Assembly: GCA_964019335.1 (NCBI GenBank)
Contig: OZ025649.1
Location: 682,001 to 746,000 of the forward strand
Direction: 5' to 3'
DNA length: 64,000 nt
Source of the DNA: Diplonema japonicum
Taxonomy: Eukaryota > Protista > Euglenozoa: Diplonemea
Positions 33,140 to 45,434 of this stretch are shown one piece after another (position 1 is the stretch's first letter; each line of letters opens with the position of its first letter). The translations under genes were made by a program, and so were the position numbers. The notes under the pieces were generated by a model, which saw only the letters and a list, made by a program, of their open reading frames with translations, did not search any database and had not been told where the DNA came from.

Positions 33140-34831
33140 ATGAAGAGGCATGGTAATGTACTAAAGCCGACCACACTCGTGGGTGCCTTGCTGTTGTTAG
33201 GTGTTGTGGTGCTGCTGTTTAACGGGTCGGCATTGGGTGTCGGGAGGAGGGTGGACCCATGCCCGGTGTGCAAGGATTGTAAGTGTCCGAAATATAAAGA
33301 AAGTCGAAAAGAAGAGCTTCCTGTGAGCGAACACGTGCACACTTCACTACCGCGCCTCGTCAAGACACAGGGGAAGGGCCTCACACAACTGGAGCGACTG
33401 TACAACGAAGAAGAGCAGAATTTCCTTGCGTACAACGCCGATGCTGCAAAAGCACAGCAAATCCGGGAAAAACATGGCGTCCTCAAGATAGCGGGTTTCA
33501 CAAGGCTGTGGCCACCGCCCATCCACGCCAAGGGAGGGATGCAGTACCACGCACAGCATTTATACTCCAGGCTTGCCTCTTTAGGACACACCGTACATGT
33601 TTTCACAACAGGGAACCCTGGAAACCCTGTCACCCACTACTTTAAGGTTGACCTCAAAACACTGAAAGTCGAGAAGAGCAGTTCTGGGAACTCGAACCTT
33701 GTCGTGCATCAATGCCCTTCGAAGAGGTCGGGCAGCTACTCTGTAACATGGTACAAAAGCACTTTAGAGAAGTACCATGAGGTGGGGGAGAGCATAGGGG
33801 GCTGGGATGCCGCGCACTCAGAGAGCTGGGCCGGTGTCGCTAATGCACAGCAGCTTGGCGTGCCCTTGGTGGTGACGTGGCATGGCAGCATGATGGACTG
33901 GTTCAGAAATGAGATGAACTTGATAATACAAAACTTCAGGCTGAAGCACAACGCGCCATCGAAGTCAAACGTGGACCGGCTAAAGGGTTTGGGGGAGAGC
34001 GTTGCGTACGAAACCTACGCGCTGCAATCTGTCCCGCATCACATTACCATCTCGGACTCGGCAAGGGACGACCTTGTGGGCGTAGACCTCATCCCCACAG
34101 ACAGGGTGCATCTTGTGTACAACGGTGTCAATGAGGAAAATTTCAAGCCAGATGCAGAAGCACGACCTGCATTCCTTTCAAAGCACAAGCTCAGCGATAG
34201 TGACTTTGTGGTTGGGTGCGGTGGAAGGCTTGCCCCTGAGAAGGGACACGGGCAGCTTGCCAGGGCCATGGCTTCTGTTTTAGAGGAACATCCTGGAATT
34301 GTGTTGATGGTAGCTGGGTCAGGCGCGGAGGGCAAGAAATATGAAAAACTGAAGGACAAAGGCCTCCGTGTGCACATGATAGGGATGCTGTCGCAGGTGG
34401 AGCTGGCGGAGTTCTACAACGCAATCGACGTATTCATCGATCCCTTTTGGCAGCACCACGGGCTCAACACTGTCATGATCGAGGCTTCTCTCACTGCAAC
34501 ACCCATCATTGCTACGAGGCTGGCCTCTGCAAAGACCACAATTCCTAACGACGCATTTGGCCTCACGTTTAATCTTGGCCTCAAGGAAGACCTCATAGCT
34601 GCCATCACCTACCTCAAGGATAACCCTGCGGAGTCTAAGCAAATCGGTATCAATCTCAGAAAGCGTGCGCTAAAGCTCTTCACCTCCACTGTCATGGCGC
34701 AGAAATACGAAAAGGTGCTTTATGATGCAGTGTTACACCCCCTGTCCCCTGCACACCAGTTGGATGGTGAGGTGGTGTGCAAGGACACCTACCCTGCGAT
34801 GTGCTTCAGGTTACCTAAAAAAGATGAGTGA
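33140..34831 (+). CDS. GT4-family glycosyltransferase, type II membrane protein
   Basis: N-terminal signal anchor; GGMQYH...LASLGHTVHVFT; VYNGV; GRLAPEKG; FYNAIDVF...GLNTVMIEA. Confidence 0.9.
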   Translation: MKRHGNVLKPTTLVGALLLLGVVVLLFNGSALGVGRRVDPCPVCKDCKCPKYKESRKEELPVSEHVHTSLPRLVKTQGKGLTQLERLYNEEEQNFLAYNADAAKAQQIREKHGVLKIAGFTRLWPPPIHAKGGMQYHAQHLYSRLASLGHTVHVFTTGNPGNPVTHYFKVDLKTLKVEKSSSGNSNLVVHQCPSKRSGSYSVTWYKSTLEKYHEVGESIGGWDAAHSESWAGVANAQQLGVPLVVTWHGSMMDWFRNEMNLIIQNFRLKHNAPSKSNVDRLKGLGESVAYETYALQSVPHHITISDSARDDLVGVDLIPTDRVHLVYNGVNEENFKPDAEARPAFLSKHKLSDSDFVVGCGGRLAPEKGHGQLARAMASVLEEHPGIVLMVAGSGAEGKKYEKLKDKGLRVHMIGMLSQVELAEFYNAIDVFIDPFWQHHGLNTVMIEASLTATPIIATRLASAKTTIPNDAFGLTFNLGLKEDLIAAITYLKDNPAESKQIGINLRKRALKLFTSTVMAQKYEKVLYDAVLHPLSPAHQLDGEVVCKDTYPAMCFRLPKKDE

Positions 34832-34857
34832 ACCCTAACTATAGTGGAGTATTAATA

Positions 34858-36990
34858 ATGGGGTGTTTTAAGAAAAGAAAAAGAAAAGGGAAACTCGTTT
34901 CCTTTCATCTTCCTAAGTCTCTATTAATCCACCACAGGCCACGTAGCAAGCTGCGTCCTAACGCATTATATGAGCGCGAGGTGCTGAGGGCGGGCTTGGA
35001 GACGCTGCAGCAGGATGAGAGAGAGAGAAAGGGCGCTACACTTCAAGAAGCTGCTCGAGGTACGATAGAGAGCTATTACAGGGTGTTGAAAGAGTTGGTG
35101 GTGTGGGAGGGCAGAGCAAAGCTGCGAGAAGCCCTGCGGCTTGAACGGGATAGTGCTGGCTGTGTTGAGATTTTCAAGAACAGTGAAGGGCACTTCAAAC
35201 ATAGATGCGAGTATCAAGGAGAGTCCGTAGACACAGCAGTCTCTCTCACTCTCCTCGATGGACCTCCTCAACCAATGGCTGTATGTTTCCTCTTCTCCAA
35301 CGGAGGGCTGGTCTCCACCATGCAGACCACAGGACGTTTCATCGCAACGCCTTTATGCCGCATGACAACACTCAGGAGGATCTACCTTGCTGTGTGCTCT
35401 TCCCAGCCTCTGTTACCCCCCATTTGCAGTCTGTGGCTCTCTAAGCAACCACCACCTACAAGTACAACACACATTTCCTCTCCCCAGAGACCCACAGGCA
35501 TCTCGTTGAATAAGGAACAACATAAGGCCTATAGTAGGTTTCTTGCTATGCAAGATGGACTGCTCAGCGTGCAGGGGCCACCTGGAACTGGGAAGTCTAC
35601 TATGATAGCTGCTGCTGTGGCAGGTGAGGTAGTGTTGGGAAACGATGTTCTCGTATGTGCTGAAGGGAACAAACCAGTCCTGCAGCTGCTTGAAAAGTGG
35701 TGCGACATCAACGAGAATTTGGACAGCCCTACCGCAGGATATTGGTTGCAGAGCGAGTCTTCAGATGTTCCAGTCCCGAAGCGGCTGCTGCGGTACCGTG
35801 TGTCAGATGGTGCGCGGTTTATCGATGAATGGTGCAAGGTCGTCGCAGAGTATGCCGACAGATTGAGAAGTTTGAAGAGTATCACAGTGCCACAGCAGCA
35901 ACTCGAAATGATTCTCGTCATGCTGGAGAAGTTGCTACCTGCAGGAGTGGCTGATGCTGCGAGGAAAACATGCTACTCGGGGCAGCTTGCTGACTGTGAG
36001 GACTTGCTGAGCGGCATAGTGATCAGCTTGCGTGAAGTGGACGCAGAAAATGTAGAAAGCACCATACTGGGACGCAATGAAGAACCCGGTAGAAAGAAGC
36101 GGAGGAGAACAGATGAAAAAGGGATCAGTATGTTCAGCACGTTGAGCAACAGCAACAGACTGCGAGCGGAAAAGGCTTTTAGGACGGTGATAATCGACGA
36201 AGCAGCTGCGTCAGTAGAGGGCCTCCTTGTGGTGGGTTTGGCTGCTGCAAAGGCTAGGAAGGTGATGCTGGTGGGTGACGACATGCAGCTGGCTGGTTGC
36301 TGCACGAGTAGAGCGTGCGAAGCAGCTGGGTTTGCCGAGTCTGTATTCCGGCGCTTTCTTGCGGAACCTAACATGCTCCTCACGCAATACAGAATGGACC
36401 CAAGCATTTTGCGTTTCCCAAACGCAGCTTTTTACAACAACACTCTACAGTCATCGAGCAACTACATAAGGCCCGACAGCACTCTGCTCGTGAGGCCGTA
36501 CTGCGTTGTGCACGTGAAAGGGAAAGAGACACGTGACGAAAGTATGTCGTGGTCGAACAGCAGCGAGGCACGAGAAGCTGTCCAGCTTGCGGCGGCTCTT
36601 CAAGAGCGTGGTGTCTCAGACATTGTAGTGCTCACGTTCTATGCTGCACAGAAGCAATACCTTGAGTTTCTTTTTTCCCTCGAAGGCCTCACAGGAGTCT
36701 CCCTTCACACGGTCGACAGCTTTCAGGGCAGCGAGGCATCCTCTGTTATTATCTCTATGGTGCGCACTTCACATCCCGGCTTCGTGTCTGACTTCCGCAG
36801 GCTGAACGTTGCCCTCACAAGAGCGAAGCACTCCTTGTTCGTACTTTGTGACAGTAATGCTATGCTGCACAGCACGGGACACACAAGGGACTTGTTGCAA
36901 GATGCCAGCAACCGCAGTCTCTTGTTTACTTGCACAAGTAACTGCTTCGTTACTCCAAGAGGGGATGGTTTGAATCCAGGTTGTTGCTAA
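34858..36990 (+). CDS. Superfamily 1 helicase, Upf1/Sen1/DNA2-like (start uncertain; possible intron 34863-34937)
   Basis: QGPPGTGKS, IIDEAA, LVGDDMQL, LLTQYRM, TVDSFQGSE, RRLNVALTRAK. Confidence 0.9.
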   Translation: MGCFKKRKRKGKLVSFHLPKSLLIHHRPRSKLRPNALYEREVLRAGLETLQQDERERKGATLQEAARGTIESYYRVLKELVVWEGRAKLREALRLERDSAGCVEIFKNSEGHFKHRCEYQGESVDTAVSLTLLDGPPQPMAVCFLFSNGGLVSTMQTTGRFIATPLCRMTTLRRIYLAVCSSQPLLPPICSLWLSKQPPPTSTTHISSPQRPTGISLNKEQHKAYSRFLAMQDGLLSVQGPPGTGKSTMIAAAVAGEVVLGNDVLVCAEGNKPVLQLLEKWCDINENLDSPTAGYWLQSESSDVPVPKRLLRYRVSDGARFIDEWCKVVAEYADRLRSLKSITVPQQQLEMILVMLEKLLPAGVADAARKTCYSGQLADCEDLLSGIVISLREVDAENVESTILGRNEEPGRKKRRRTDEKGISMFSTLSNSNRLRAEKAFRTVIIDEAAASVEGLLVVGLAAAKARKVMLVGDDMQLAGCCTSRACEAAGFAESVFRRFLAEPNMLLTQYRMDPSILRFPNAAFYNNTLQSSSNYIRPDSTLLVRPYCVVHVKGKETRDESMSWSNSSEAREAVQLAAALQERGVSDIVVLTFYAAQKQYLEFLFSLEGLTGVSLHTVDSFQGSEASSVIISMVRTSHPGFVSDFRRLNVALTRAKHSLFVLCDSNAMLHSTGHTRDLLQDASNRSLLFTCTSNCFVTPRGDGLNPGCC

Positions 36991-37377
36991 GTTCCATTGT
37001 GGACGGCTAAAAACGATAGCCCTCTTTCCATCGAGATGTGGTATCCAATAACAACCAGCTTTGAGGGGACAGGGTTTTCGATTGCATTTATCCATTTTTT
37101 CGGCACGTAATAGTTGAGTATCAATTGTTTTCATTATTCCTTCTTTCGGCTATCTCCCCCTTTTTTTTAACAAACAAATGCACAGGAGGGGTGGGGAATA
37201 ATCAGTGTTTAAAAAAAAAGAAAAAAAAGCAAAAACAAAACAAAACAAAACAAAAGCAAAACAAAAGCAAAAACAGAAAAGGGAAATAGAACAAAACATA
37301 CATAACGAAGAAAGAAAACTGGAATAAGAAAGAAGCAACGGAAAGAGCAGGAAGGAAGTAAGGAAGACGAAGGGAGC

Positions 37378-40300
37378 ATGTCGGGGGTTACCTTAGAAAG
37401 TGTGAACCCTGCGGCTTGCACCGATATGGAGTGGCAGAATTTCAAGGAGGCGGCGTTGAAGAATGCTAGGGACCAGTCCGGGTACCTAAAGGCGCTTGCA
37501 AACGCATTGGAAATGCGGTTTTCTGGGGGCGAAAACAGCCGTATCACCGGACTTCTGCAGAGCCTTCTTGCAGACGACAAGCTAGTGAAGGCAACAACGC
37601 TGGTTTCGGTTGCAGGGAGAGTTCCCGATCCTAAGAAGGAGCTCCCAAGTGATTGCTTACAGCAAATCACAGAAGAATGTTCCCTCTCCGACAGGGCGCA
37701 AGTCTGCTTGTCCGTACTTTGCGCCTTTATCTCTCACCCTACTCTGCAGAGCATTGGTATTGCGTTCGGGAAGGCTATACTTGCTGGTAGCACTACGGAA
37801 CCATTCATCTCAAGCCTCCCTGCTGATGTCAAATACTGCATTCTGCGCCACAGCGCTGCCTTTGGACTCAGCACCGCAGCACAGCAGGCCCTGCGGGCCG
37901 AACGCCATGAATTCGTGCCTCTCTTCGAACTTGTGGGCCCCGCCGCAGGCTCTAACGACGCATTCATATGCGAAGAGCTCTTCATGAGAGCAGCCCCTAC
38001 CGCAGCTGACATCGCGGAATGCATCTCTATCATCCATACACGCAGGTGGGAACACAGGGCCTTCTGCAATCAGCTCAAAAGTGTCGTCAACGAGGGCTTC
38101 ACCTGGATTGACATCCTCCGAGCCTATTCCAGCCTTTCCCACGTTGCACAAGATGCGAAGGTGTTCCTTGCTGTGTTTCAGGAGACCATGGACAGGAAGA
38201 TGAACATCTCCATAGCGTGTGAGACTTCTGGCATCAAGCTCTCTCTACTCCTGAAGTTCTCCGCCGAGAGCATGGAGTGTGACTTTAACACGTACAGAGT
38301 GCAGGACTCAGCAGGCCTCCATGGCAATGAACCGTGGAAGTCGATCGATTACGTAGAGGCGCTCATCACCACCGTCAGCACGTCGACCGATGCGCATCAC
38401 CTGAAGGAGGCCCTCGCGAAAGGGCCAATCGCGCATTGTCCAGGGGTGCTTCTGGTGTCGCTCTGCGAGGTGGAGAACCGCCCACGCCATTTCCAGGACA
38501 TCCTCAGCAGCACGTTGTACGCAGTGCTCAAGGCATGCGACCCTCAGATCATACAAGCCATCAATTTGTCACCCGATACCATCCTCCAGGGACTAGAAGA
38601 ACTGCGCTCAAAAGAGGCAGGCTACATTTCTCTACTAGCACCTGCTGTCCCCGTTATTGTGCTACACAAGCTGCTTGAAGCCTGCCGTGCACCGACTATC
38701 TTCATTGAGCTCCTAGCAGGGAGCTTTGAAAAGGACTTCGGGGGGACGTGGGAGTGGACACGGGGTGTTCTCAACAACATGATACCAATCAGGTAGCGCA
38801 ATAACAAACAGCAACAATAAAACAACAACAGGTTAGAACAGCCGCTGATGGACGTGTTGGCCCAACTTCCGCAACATATCATTGCTAAGTTCCCCGAAGG
38901 AGTCGGGGCACCACAGGCTCCCCCGACCCCGCCGCCGCTGCCAGTGCAACCTGCGCCATTGGCGCTGCCTACCGAGGAGTGGCCTCAGAACATAGAGGAA
39001 GAGATCCAAGATTTCATGACGAAGCTGTTCAAAGAAGGTGCCGACGTAAACCAGCTGGTGTCGGTGATCAAGGGGTGGAAGGTGAACGGTCAGAATGAGT
39101 ACCACTGTCTCGTTTACTCTTTGCTCAGGGAGTTAGCTTACATTAAAGATTTCCCAACGAGAGAACTGAGGCTGATGGCTTCGCTCTTTGGGAAGCTTGT
39201 GAAGGGTGACTTGCTGCTGAATGACAAGCTGTTGCACGCATTGCAGTACGTGTTGCATGTGTTGAAGTACTCCACAAACGAGAATGAGAGGGAGTTCTGC
39301 TTTATCGCTATGAACATTTACAGGCCCAAACTGAGTTCGTGGCCCAACTACTGTGAGAAGCTGAAAGAAGTGCCGCACCTAGAACAGCTGATGCCAGGCA
39401 TTACGCTGGACATGTCGCCCGAGACGGCGAACCCTTCAGCGATCCACCAGCTGGATATCTCAACACTCACGAATAAGATGGACGAGGAGATCAACATTAT
39501 AACGCCTCCCGCGCATATTATTGAGAAGACAGGCTTCATTGTCAACAACTTGGACCTTGCTAAGATGGAGCAGTCGATCGATGATCTGAAGGAGCTGATT
39601 ACGCCCGAGTACTACCCATACTTCTCAAACTACCTTGTAAAGAAGAGGATTTCTCTGGAGCCCAACTTCCACAAGCTGTATCAAACCATGCTCGACACCA
39701 TAAAGAGTAAGGAGCTTGATAACTATGTGCTTCAGGCTTCGTATATGGCTGTAAGGACGTTGCTGTCTAGTCAAAAGATCACTACCAACTCAAGCGAGAG
39801 GTCGCTGTTGAAGAACCTGGGTGGATGGATCGGGCTGCAGACGCTTGCAAGGAATAAATCCCTGCTTGCGAGAGAGCTCAATCTCCGAGATTTGCTGATG
39901 TCAGCCATGGAGCAGGGTAAGCTCATTGCTGTTGCTCCATTTGTATCGAAGATTCTTGAACACGCCGCCAGCTCGAAGGTGTTCCGTCCTCCCAACCCGT
40001 GGCTCATGGGCATTCTTGAGGTCATGGTTGACATCCACCAGCTCCCCGACATCAAGCTCACGCTAAAGTTCGAAGTCGAGGTGCTGTGCAAGTCGCTGGA
40101 TTTGAAAATCAACGACCTCATCGATACAACAACGACAGGCAGGCGCCAGCAGCAGAGGACTAAACTCGAGGAGATGTGGTCGAAGCTCAGCCATAATAAC
40201 AACTCTGATTTCCACATGCAGGTATGTTAAATGTCCATTTACCATCGTAACTCCCTTACCCCAGACCCAGCGAGTACCCACTCCCCCACAGCAGGAGTGG

Positions 40301-43300
40301 GGCCAACAGCAGGAGCCGCAGCAGCCACCTCCGCCACAACAGCAACAACAACAGCAACAGCAGCCACCGCAGCAGCAGCTGCAGCAGCCACAATCCCCTT
40401 CTCATCAGATGAAGCCACAGGCACAGGTATTTTACATGCCCATCAAAACAACATTATAGGAATGGTACCCTCGAGCCATGCAGCAAGCTCAAGCTACGCA
40501 GCCGTACCAGAGCAACCAGGCAACCTGGGACTCACAGCATAGAGTATGTACATTTGGTGTTGCTCAAAACTTCAGCAGGAGCTGCTTCCGAAACCCAAGC
40601 CAACTGGGCTCAGCATTGTCATTCCTCAGGAGTTCCTCATGAGCCCGCATGCAGAGATCATGAAAGAGGCAGTGATGATCGGTCTGCAGGAGTCCATCAA
40701 GAACCTGCAGGTATGTCGGAAGCTCACGGCCATTCATCACAGGAGACCCAGTCCCTCCCGCAGCGTGCCTCGACTGTCGCAATCAAAGCGACTGCCGAGT
40801 TGGTGTTCAAAGACTTCATCGTCGAGTCGGACGATATGCTAGTGTGCGAGGTATGTTCAGTCTTGTAATGCACACGAAACCACAGGCCGCAGAAGGGGTC
40901 GTGACCGTGCTGGCAAACCAACTTGCAATGGTGCAAGCAAAGGTATAGAACAAGACTTAACTCAGAGAAATCGCGCACAGGGGGGCCTCACGGGAACCAT
41001 GACGCCAAAGATCATCGAGTGCCTGAAGAACGGGATGCCACCATACATACCGCAGGAGCAGTTTACAGATATCGCCAACAAGCTGACCACTGAGAATCTG
41101 CACCTTGGTGTCACGGTTATCTGTAACTCCGCTAAGGCGCTTGCTTTGGATGGCATGAAGCTTGAAATCGAGAAGCATCTCCGTGACAGGAACAACTTCA
41201 GGAGCCACGGCGGTTGGTCTGAAGGCATGAAAGCGGTTGATATCTTCAGAAGATTGATGCCCAACCCCACTCAGGTAGGCTCTCTGTTTCACATCAGCAT
41301 TTCCTTAACAGACGCAGGTTGACATAGTTTCGAAGCTGAAGGATCCTCTGTTCCCGTTCCCGATGGTATGTTGTACCCATAATCGTTAGCAACCAACAGC
41401 TGCACATGCACCGAGAGCTTTACAAGTCGTTCAGAAACTTCGAGGACAGCTGCCTTGCTGAGCTTGAGGCCGTCTTCCTTGATATCGAGCAGAACCTCGA
41501 CCTGCATTTCAAGGAGTCGCGAGAGCCACTTTCTCTCACTCAGCTAGAGTTCGGGCAGCAGAACTACACTGCACACCATGTACGGGTGAGGGACCTCGTG
41601 AAGAGCATTCCTGTTGTTTTAAAGAAGGTATGTACACTGTTAATGTCTTGCACCGTCACAGCTCTCTCTCGACGACATCTTGCGCATCGTTGCGTGGTCC
41701 TGCAAGAAAATGTTCAAGTACGCACTGGAGTCACCCCATCAGGAGATCGTTGTGTTCCTGACGGAGGTCTGTCTGTTCGTGCTTCAGGACGTCGTCAAGT
41801 CCCACCCCGAGGAGGTCAAGGCAGAGGCAACGACACAGTTCCTGAACTGCGAGAAGAGATGGTCGCTGAAGGACACCGCCAGGAACTTTATCGGCCTGAA
41901 GCTCATCGACATGACAAGGCTTGACGAGTGCCTGTCCAGGGAGCTCCGCAGTGCCAAGAACAATGTGATGGCATCCACTGTGGACTTCGTTAGGACTTTG
42001 GTGCAGAAGTGTGTCATCGACGAGAAGTTGGTGCCGCAATCCGATTTCAACCTGTCATTGAACTTCTTGCAGGAAGCCGTCAAGAAGCAGAGGGAAAGAC
42101 TTGTGGTCAGGGTGCCCTCGCTGATTGCATACCAGCCCGATGGTAAGCCGTGGAGAGACAAGGTACTATCACTGTTCAACCAGCAGCTTGTGCTGTACGT
42201 TAAAAAGTGCCAAGGGGGCGACAAGCCTCAGGAGGAGACGCAGATTCTTACAAAGCTTCAAACCGCAGGCCTTCTTCACGAAAGCAATCTGGATAAGTTC
42301 CTGTCACTGCTGGTTGAGACGAGCGTTGAACATTTTTCAACGCTGGTGTACAAAGCGGGTCCTGTCAAGTACGAGAAGCAGGTCGGAGGGAAGCTCAAGA
42401 CTGGCGGTCGCCCTGCAGCAACGCCCCCTAAGCCTCCTATCATGCTGGCAGACCAACCTGATCTGTTCAGAGGTGTTGATGCTTCCTGTGAGCTGATCTT
42501 CAGGCTGATCAAGGGCTGCTCTTGGAAAACACTGTCTGAAGACGGCACAGCTGGGTTACACCTTGTGAAGAAGGTTCTATCAGTGGTGACTGCTGTCCTT
42601 GTCAACAACCATGAGTTCCATGCAAGCCGCGGTTCAGCCGCCTGGATCAACACCATCGACAAAGAAGAACATGCGCAGCAGCAGTTCATGCAGCAACCCT
42701 ACTTCCGACTGTTCTCGAATCTTCTCGGGAACCTCAGTTACATCATACCCAAGGGCCCCAACGAGCCGGAATTGCTCAAAGCGTTCCTGAACCACATTTG
42801 TGAGATGTTAAAAATGCTGATTCCTTCAAAGGTACCAGGATTTGCCTTCGCGTGGCTCGACGTCATCGCGCACCGTGTGCTGCTCCCGAAGCTCATTCAA
42901 TACAACAGCGACGCGTACCTGCGCCTGCTGAGCGCCGCCATCGTCTATCTCTCTCCTGCTTTGAAAACAGCCGAATTCACCGAACCCCAAAGGCTGTTCT
43001 ACAAGGGGTTGCTGAAGGTGTTCATGGTGATCAACCACGACTTCCCGACGTTCCTGTACAAGTATTTCGTACCGCTGTGCACTGTTATTCCGAGGAACTG
43101 TTTCCAGTTGAGGAATGTGGTGCTGTCAGCGAAGCCGAAGGGTGTGAGGCTCCCTGAGTACTGCCTCATGTACACGAAGGACGCAAAGGATATTAATGGG
43201 TTGCCATCGCCAAAGTTGGCAAGTGAGTATGTGGAAGCATTGATGACAGAGGGCGTGCTCGAGGTGGAGACATTCGATGGGATACTGCATGGGGGCGTAA

Positions 43301-43816
43301 CGGGGAATGTGTGTGCAAAGGTTGTGGCGCAGATTATGAAAGAATCGTCAGACGGAGTTGAACCGGGGCCAGTGTACGATTTGAAGCTGATCAATGCGCT
43401 GGTGGCAAGGACAGCTACGGTTTGCACGGACAGCTCGATGTCCGCTGAGGAACGGCAGACGTGCACAAGGAACACCTTGTTGCTTGTAAGGGGGATGCTG
43501 GAACTGCTTCCTGTGGAAGGAAAGTACAATGTTGTGTCTTCGATGTGCAACCATCTGCGAGACGTAAACACCCACACCTACCACTTTGGGAACCTGCTCC
43601 TCGCTTTATTCGAAGACCAACAAGACGAGGTATGGGTTCGATTTTTCACGATTTTAAGTTTTTCGTTTTCCAGCTGCTTGTGCAAGAGCTAATTGCCTCT
43701 GTCCTGGTCGAACGAACGCTGGAACACACCACTCTCTTCTTGTGGGGTGTCCTTGGGACGCTGAGTGAACTGCTCCGAAATGAAAAGTATGGTCAAAGAA
43801 AAAAAAGAAAAAAAAG

Positions 43817-43847
<31 letters not shown>

Positions 43848-43973
43848 GAAAGGTACAATTTCTGGGAAAAGCCATTTTCCAACGCTACTCCGCAAATAAA
43901 CCAATTCTTCAACGCCCTTCAGAAGGCATTCAAGAAACAACCGGGGCAAAAAACTGACGCCCAACCTAACTGA
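37378..43973 (+). CDS. NOT1: CCR4-NOT complex subunit 1, about 11 introns (38793-38831, 40222-40264, 40427-40459, 40544-40575, 40711-40742, 40851-40885, 40943-40980, 41275-41311, 41366-41399, 41628-41661, 43630-43673) plus probably 43787-43851
   Basis: KRISLEPNFHKLY, ERSLLKNLGGWIG..TLARNK, VFRPPNPWLMGIL, LKFEVEVLCKSL, QQPYFRLF, PGFAFAWL, HDFP, QLRNVVLSA, N.HTY.F and WG motifs typical of Not1. Confidence 0.95.
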
Positions 43974-44520
43974 TTTTTTTTTGTTTCACATAACTGTAAT
44001 TTTTGTTTTCTTTTTCCCTTTTCTTCTGGGTAACGGGGGGGGTTGGGTAGATTTTGGTAACTTTTTCTTTTCCTTTCTTTCTTTTTTTTTTTTTTTTTTT
44101 CTGATGTTTTTGCTGAAGGAAAACAAGGGTGTTTTATTTTTTAAGTGCGAGAATGACAAATATGTTTGTTGGCCAACACGGCAACTAACAAAAATGTTAC
44201 TTCTCATGTGTTAATATGGATATGAACGGGAGGACAAAGAAAGTGGAATGCCTACGATAATCATAGTGGGAAAAACTCACGTAAGTTTGGAAGGGGAAAA
44301 AAAATTTAAAAAAAAAAAAAAATAAAAAAAAAGTAATGGGTTGGGGTAGATCTATTTCTCGACACTAGTTTTTTTTCTTCTTCTTTCTTCTGTTCCCCCC
44401 TTGTTTTGTACAACCATTTTTTTCTTTTCTTCCACAATTTTATTCTCTTTTTTTTTTTTGATCGTGTAGCAAAATTTTGACGCCCAACGTGAACACTCCG
44501 GATCGCGCCGGTGATTGCAC

Positions 44521-44592
44521 GCTCCTATGGTGTAGTGGTTAGCACTCTGGACCTTGAATCCAGCAGCCTGGGTTCAAACCCCAGTGGGAGTG
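44521..44592 (+). tRNA. tRNA-Gln(TTG) with atypical C33
   Basis: Acceptor GCTCCTA/TGGGAGT; D arm with TAGTGGTTAG; anticodon stem CTGGA/TCCAG, loop CCTTGAA; T arm CTGGG-TTCAAAC-CCCAG; T5 terminator follows. Confidence 0.88.
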
Positions 44593-44669
44593 CTTTTTGC
44601 TTTTGTCACAGCGATCTCAATTACATCAGTGTCTAGGTGATTACATTAATAGCGCCGCCGAGTGTCAGA

Positions 44670-44743
44670 GGCGCCTTAGCTCAGTTGGTTAGAGCGCACG
44701 CCTAGTAAGCGTGAGGTCGAGGGTTCAAATCCCTCAGGTGCCT
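44670..44743 (+). tRNA. tRNA-Thr(AGT)
   Basis: Canonical cloverleaf: GGCGCCT/AGGTGCC, GCTC/GAGC, CACGC-CTAGTAA-GCGTG, GAGGG-TTCAAAT-CCCTC; poly-T terminator. Confidence 0.97.
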
Positions 44744-44782
44744 TTTTTTTCAAGTTAAGTTCTTCTAAAGGGTGGTGTAAAA

Positions 44783-45434
44783 ATGGGATGTTGTGTGAAT
44801 AAGGAAAAAGACCGGAAGGTTCAGGAGAATGAAGTCAGCATTGTCGTGTTGAAGAGCGGCGATGCAAAGAAGCTTCGGATGCATCCCAGCAGCAAGAGTG
44901 AGTACGTCGCTTGCTTAGATGTATGTCATGACTGAATTAACCATAAACAAACAGAAAATACGAATTACACCCGGCACGCGGATGACGGTAGTCGGAAAGT
45001 TCGCAGTGTGTGCAAAGTACACATTGGTGAGGGTGCACGGTACAACAGGCTTTTTGAGGAAACGGCATCTGATTCCCGTGGATAACGTTGAAGCAATTCA
45101 GAAGCTGAAGAGAGAGGTCATGGTGGCGCTGTGGTGTTTAGTTGGGAAGGAAGTACCAAGCATGTGCTGTACCGGGGTAATCTCGATGCTTATGACCGAA
45201 GTGGTTCCTTGGTGGTTGCTGACCACTCCCGTGGACAAACGGCTCGAAGCAGGCCCTCAGTCTGGAGTAGATATCCAAGCCTGGCGACAGATCGTCGAGG
45301 CTACAGCAGTACTTCCTCCGCCCCTACCTCTCAAAGAACTCGGCAACTCCGAAGAAGAAGACGACGAGGATTACACACACCCTTTTACTGTAGACCCAGC
45401 TGCCATACCCGGTTGCCCCTTCTTTCTGTCTTAA
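44783..45434 (+). CDS. Small putatively N-acylated protein (MGCC...) with an SH3-like domain; intron 44921-44954
   Basis: ATG 44783 begins MGCCVNKEK. The 34-nt GTATG...ACAG intron joins it in frame to ORF 44919-45434; ITPGTRMTVV...YTLVRV.GTTGFLRKRHL. Confidence 0.7.

Noticed and set aside
44481-44491. CGCCCAACGTG resembling a tRNA-Lys primer-binding site
   Set aside because: Only 11 nt, no TGG, and no LTR or retroelement ORF nearby.
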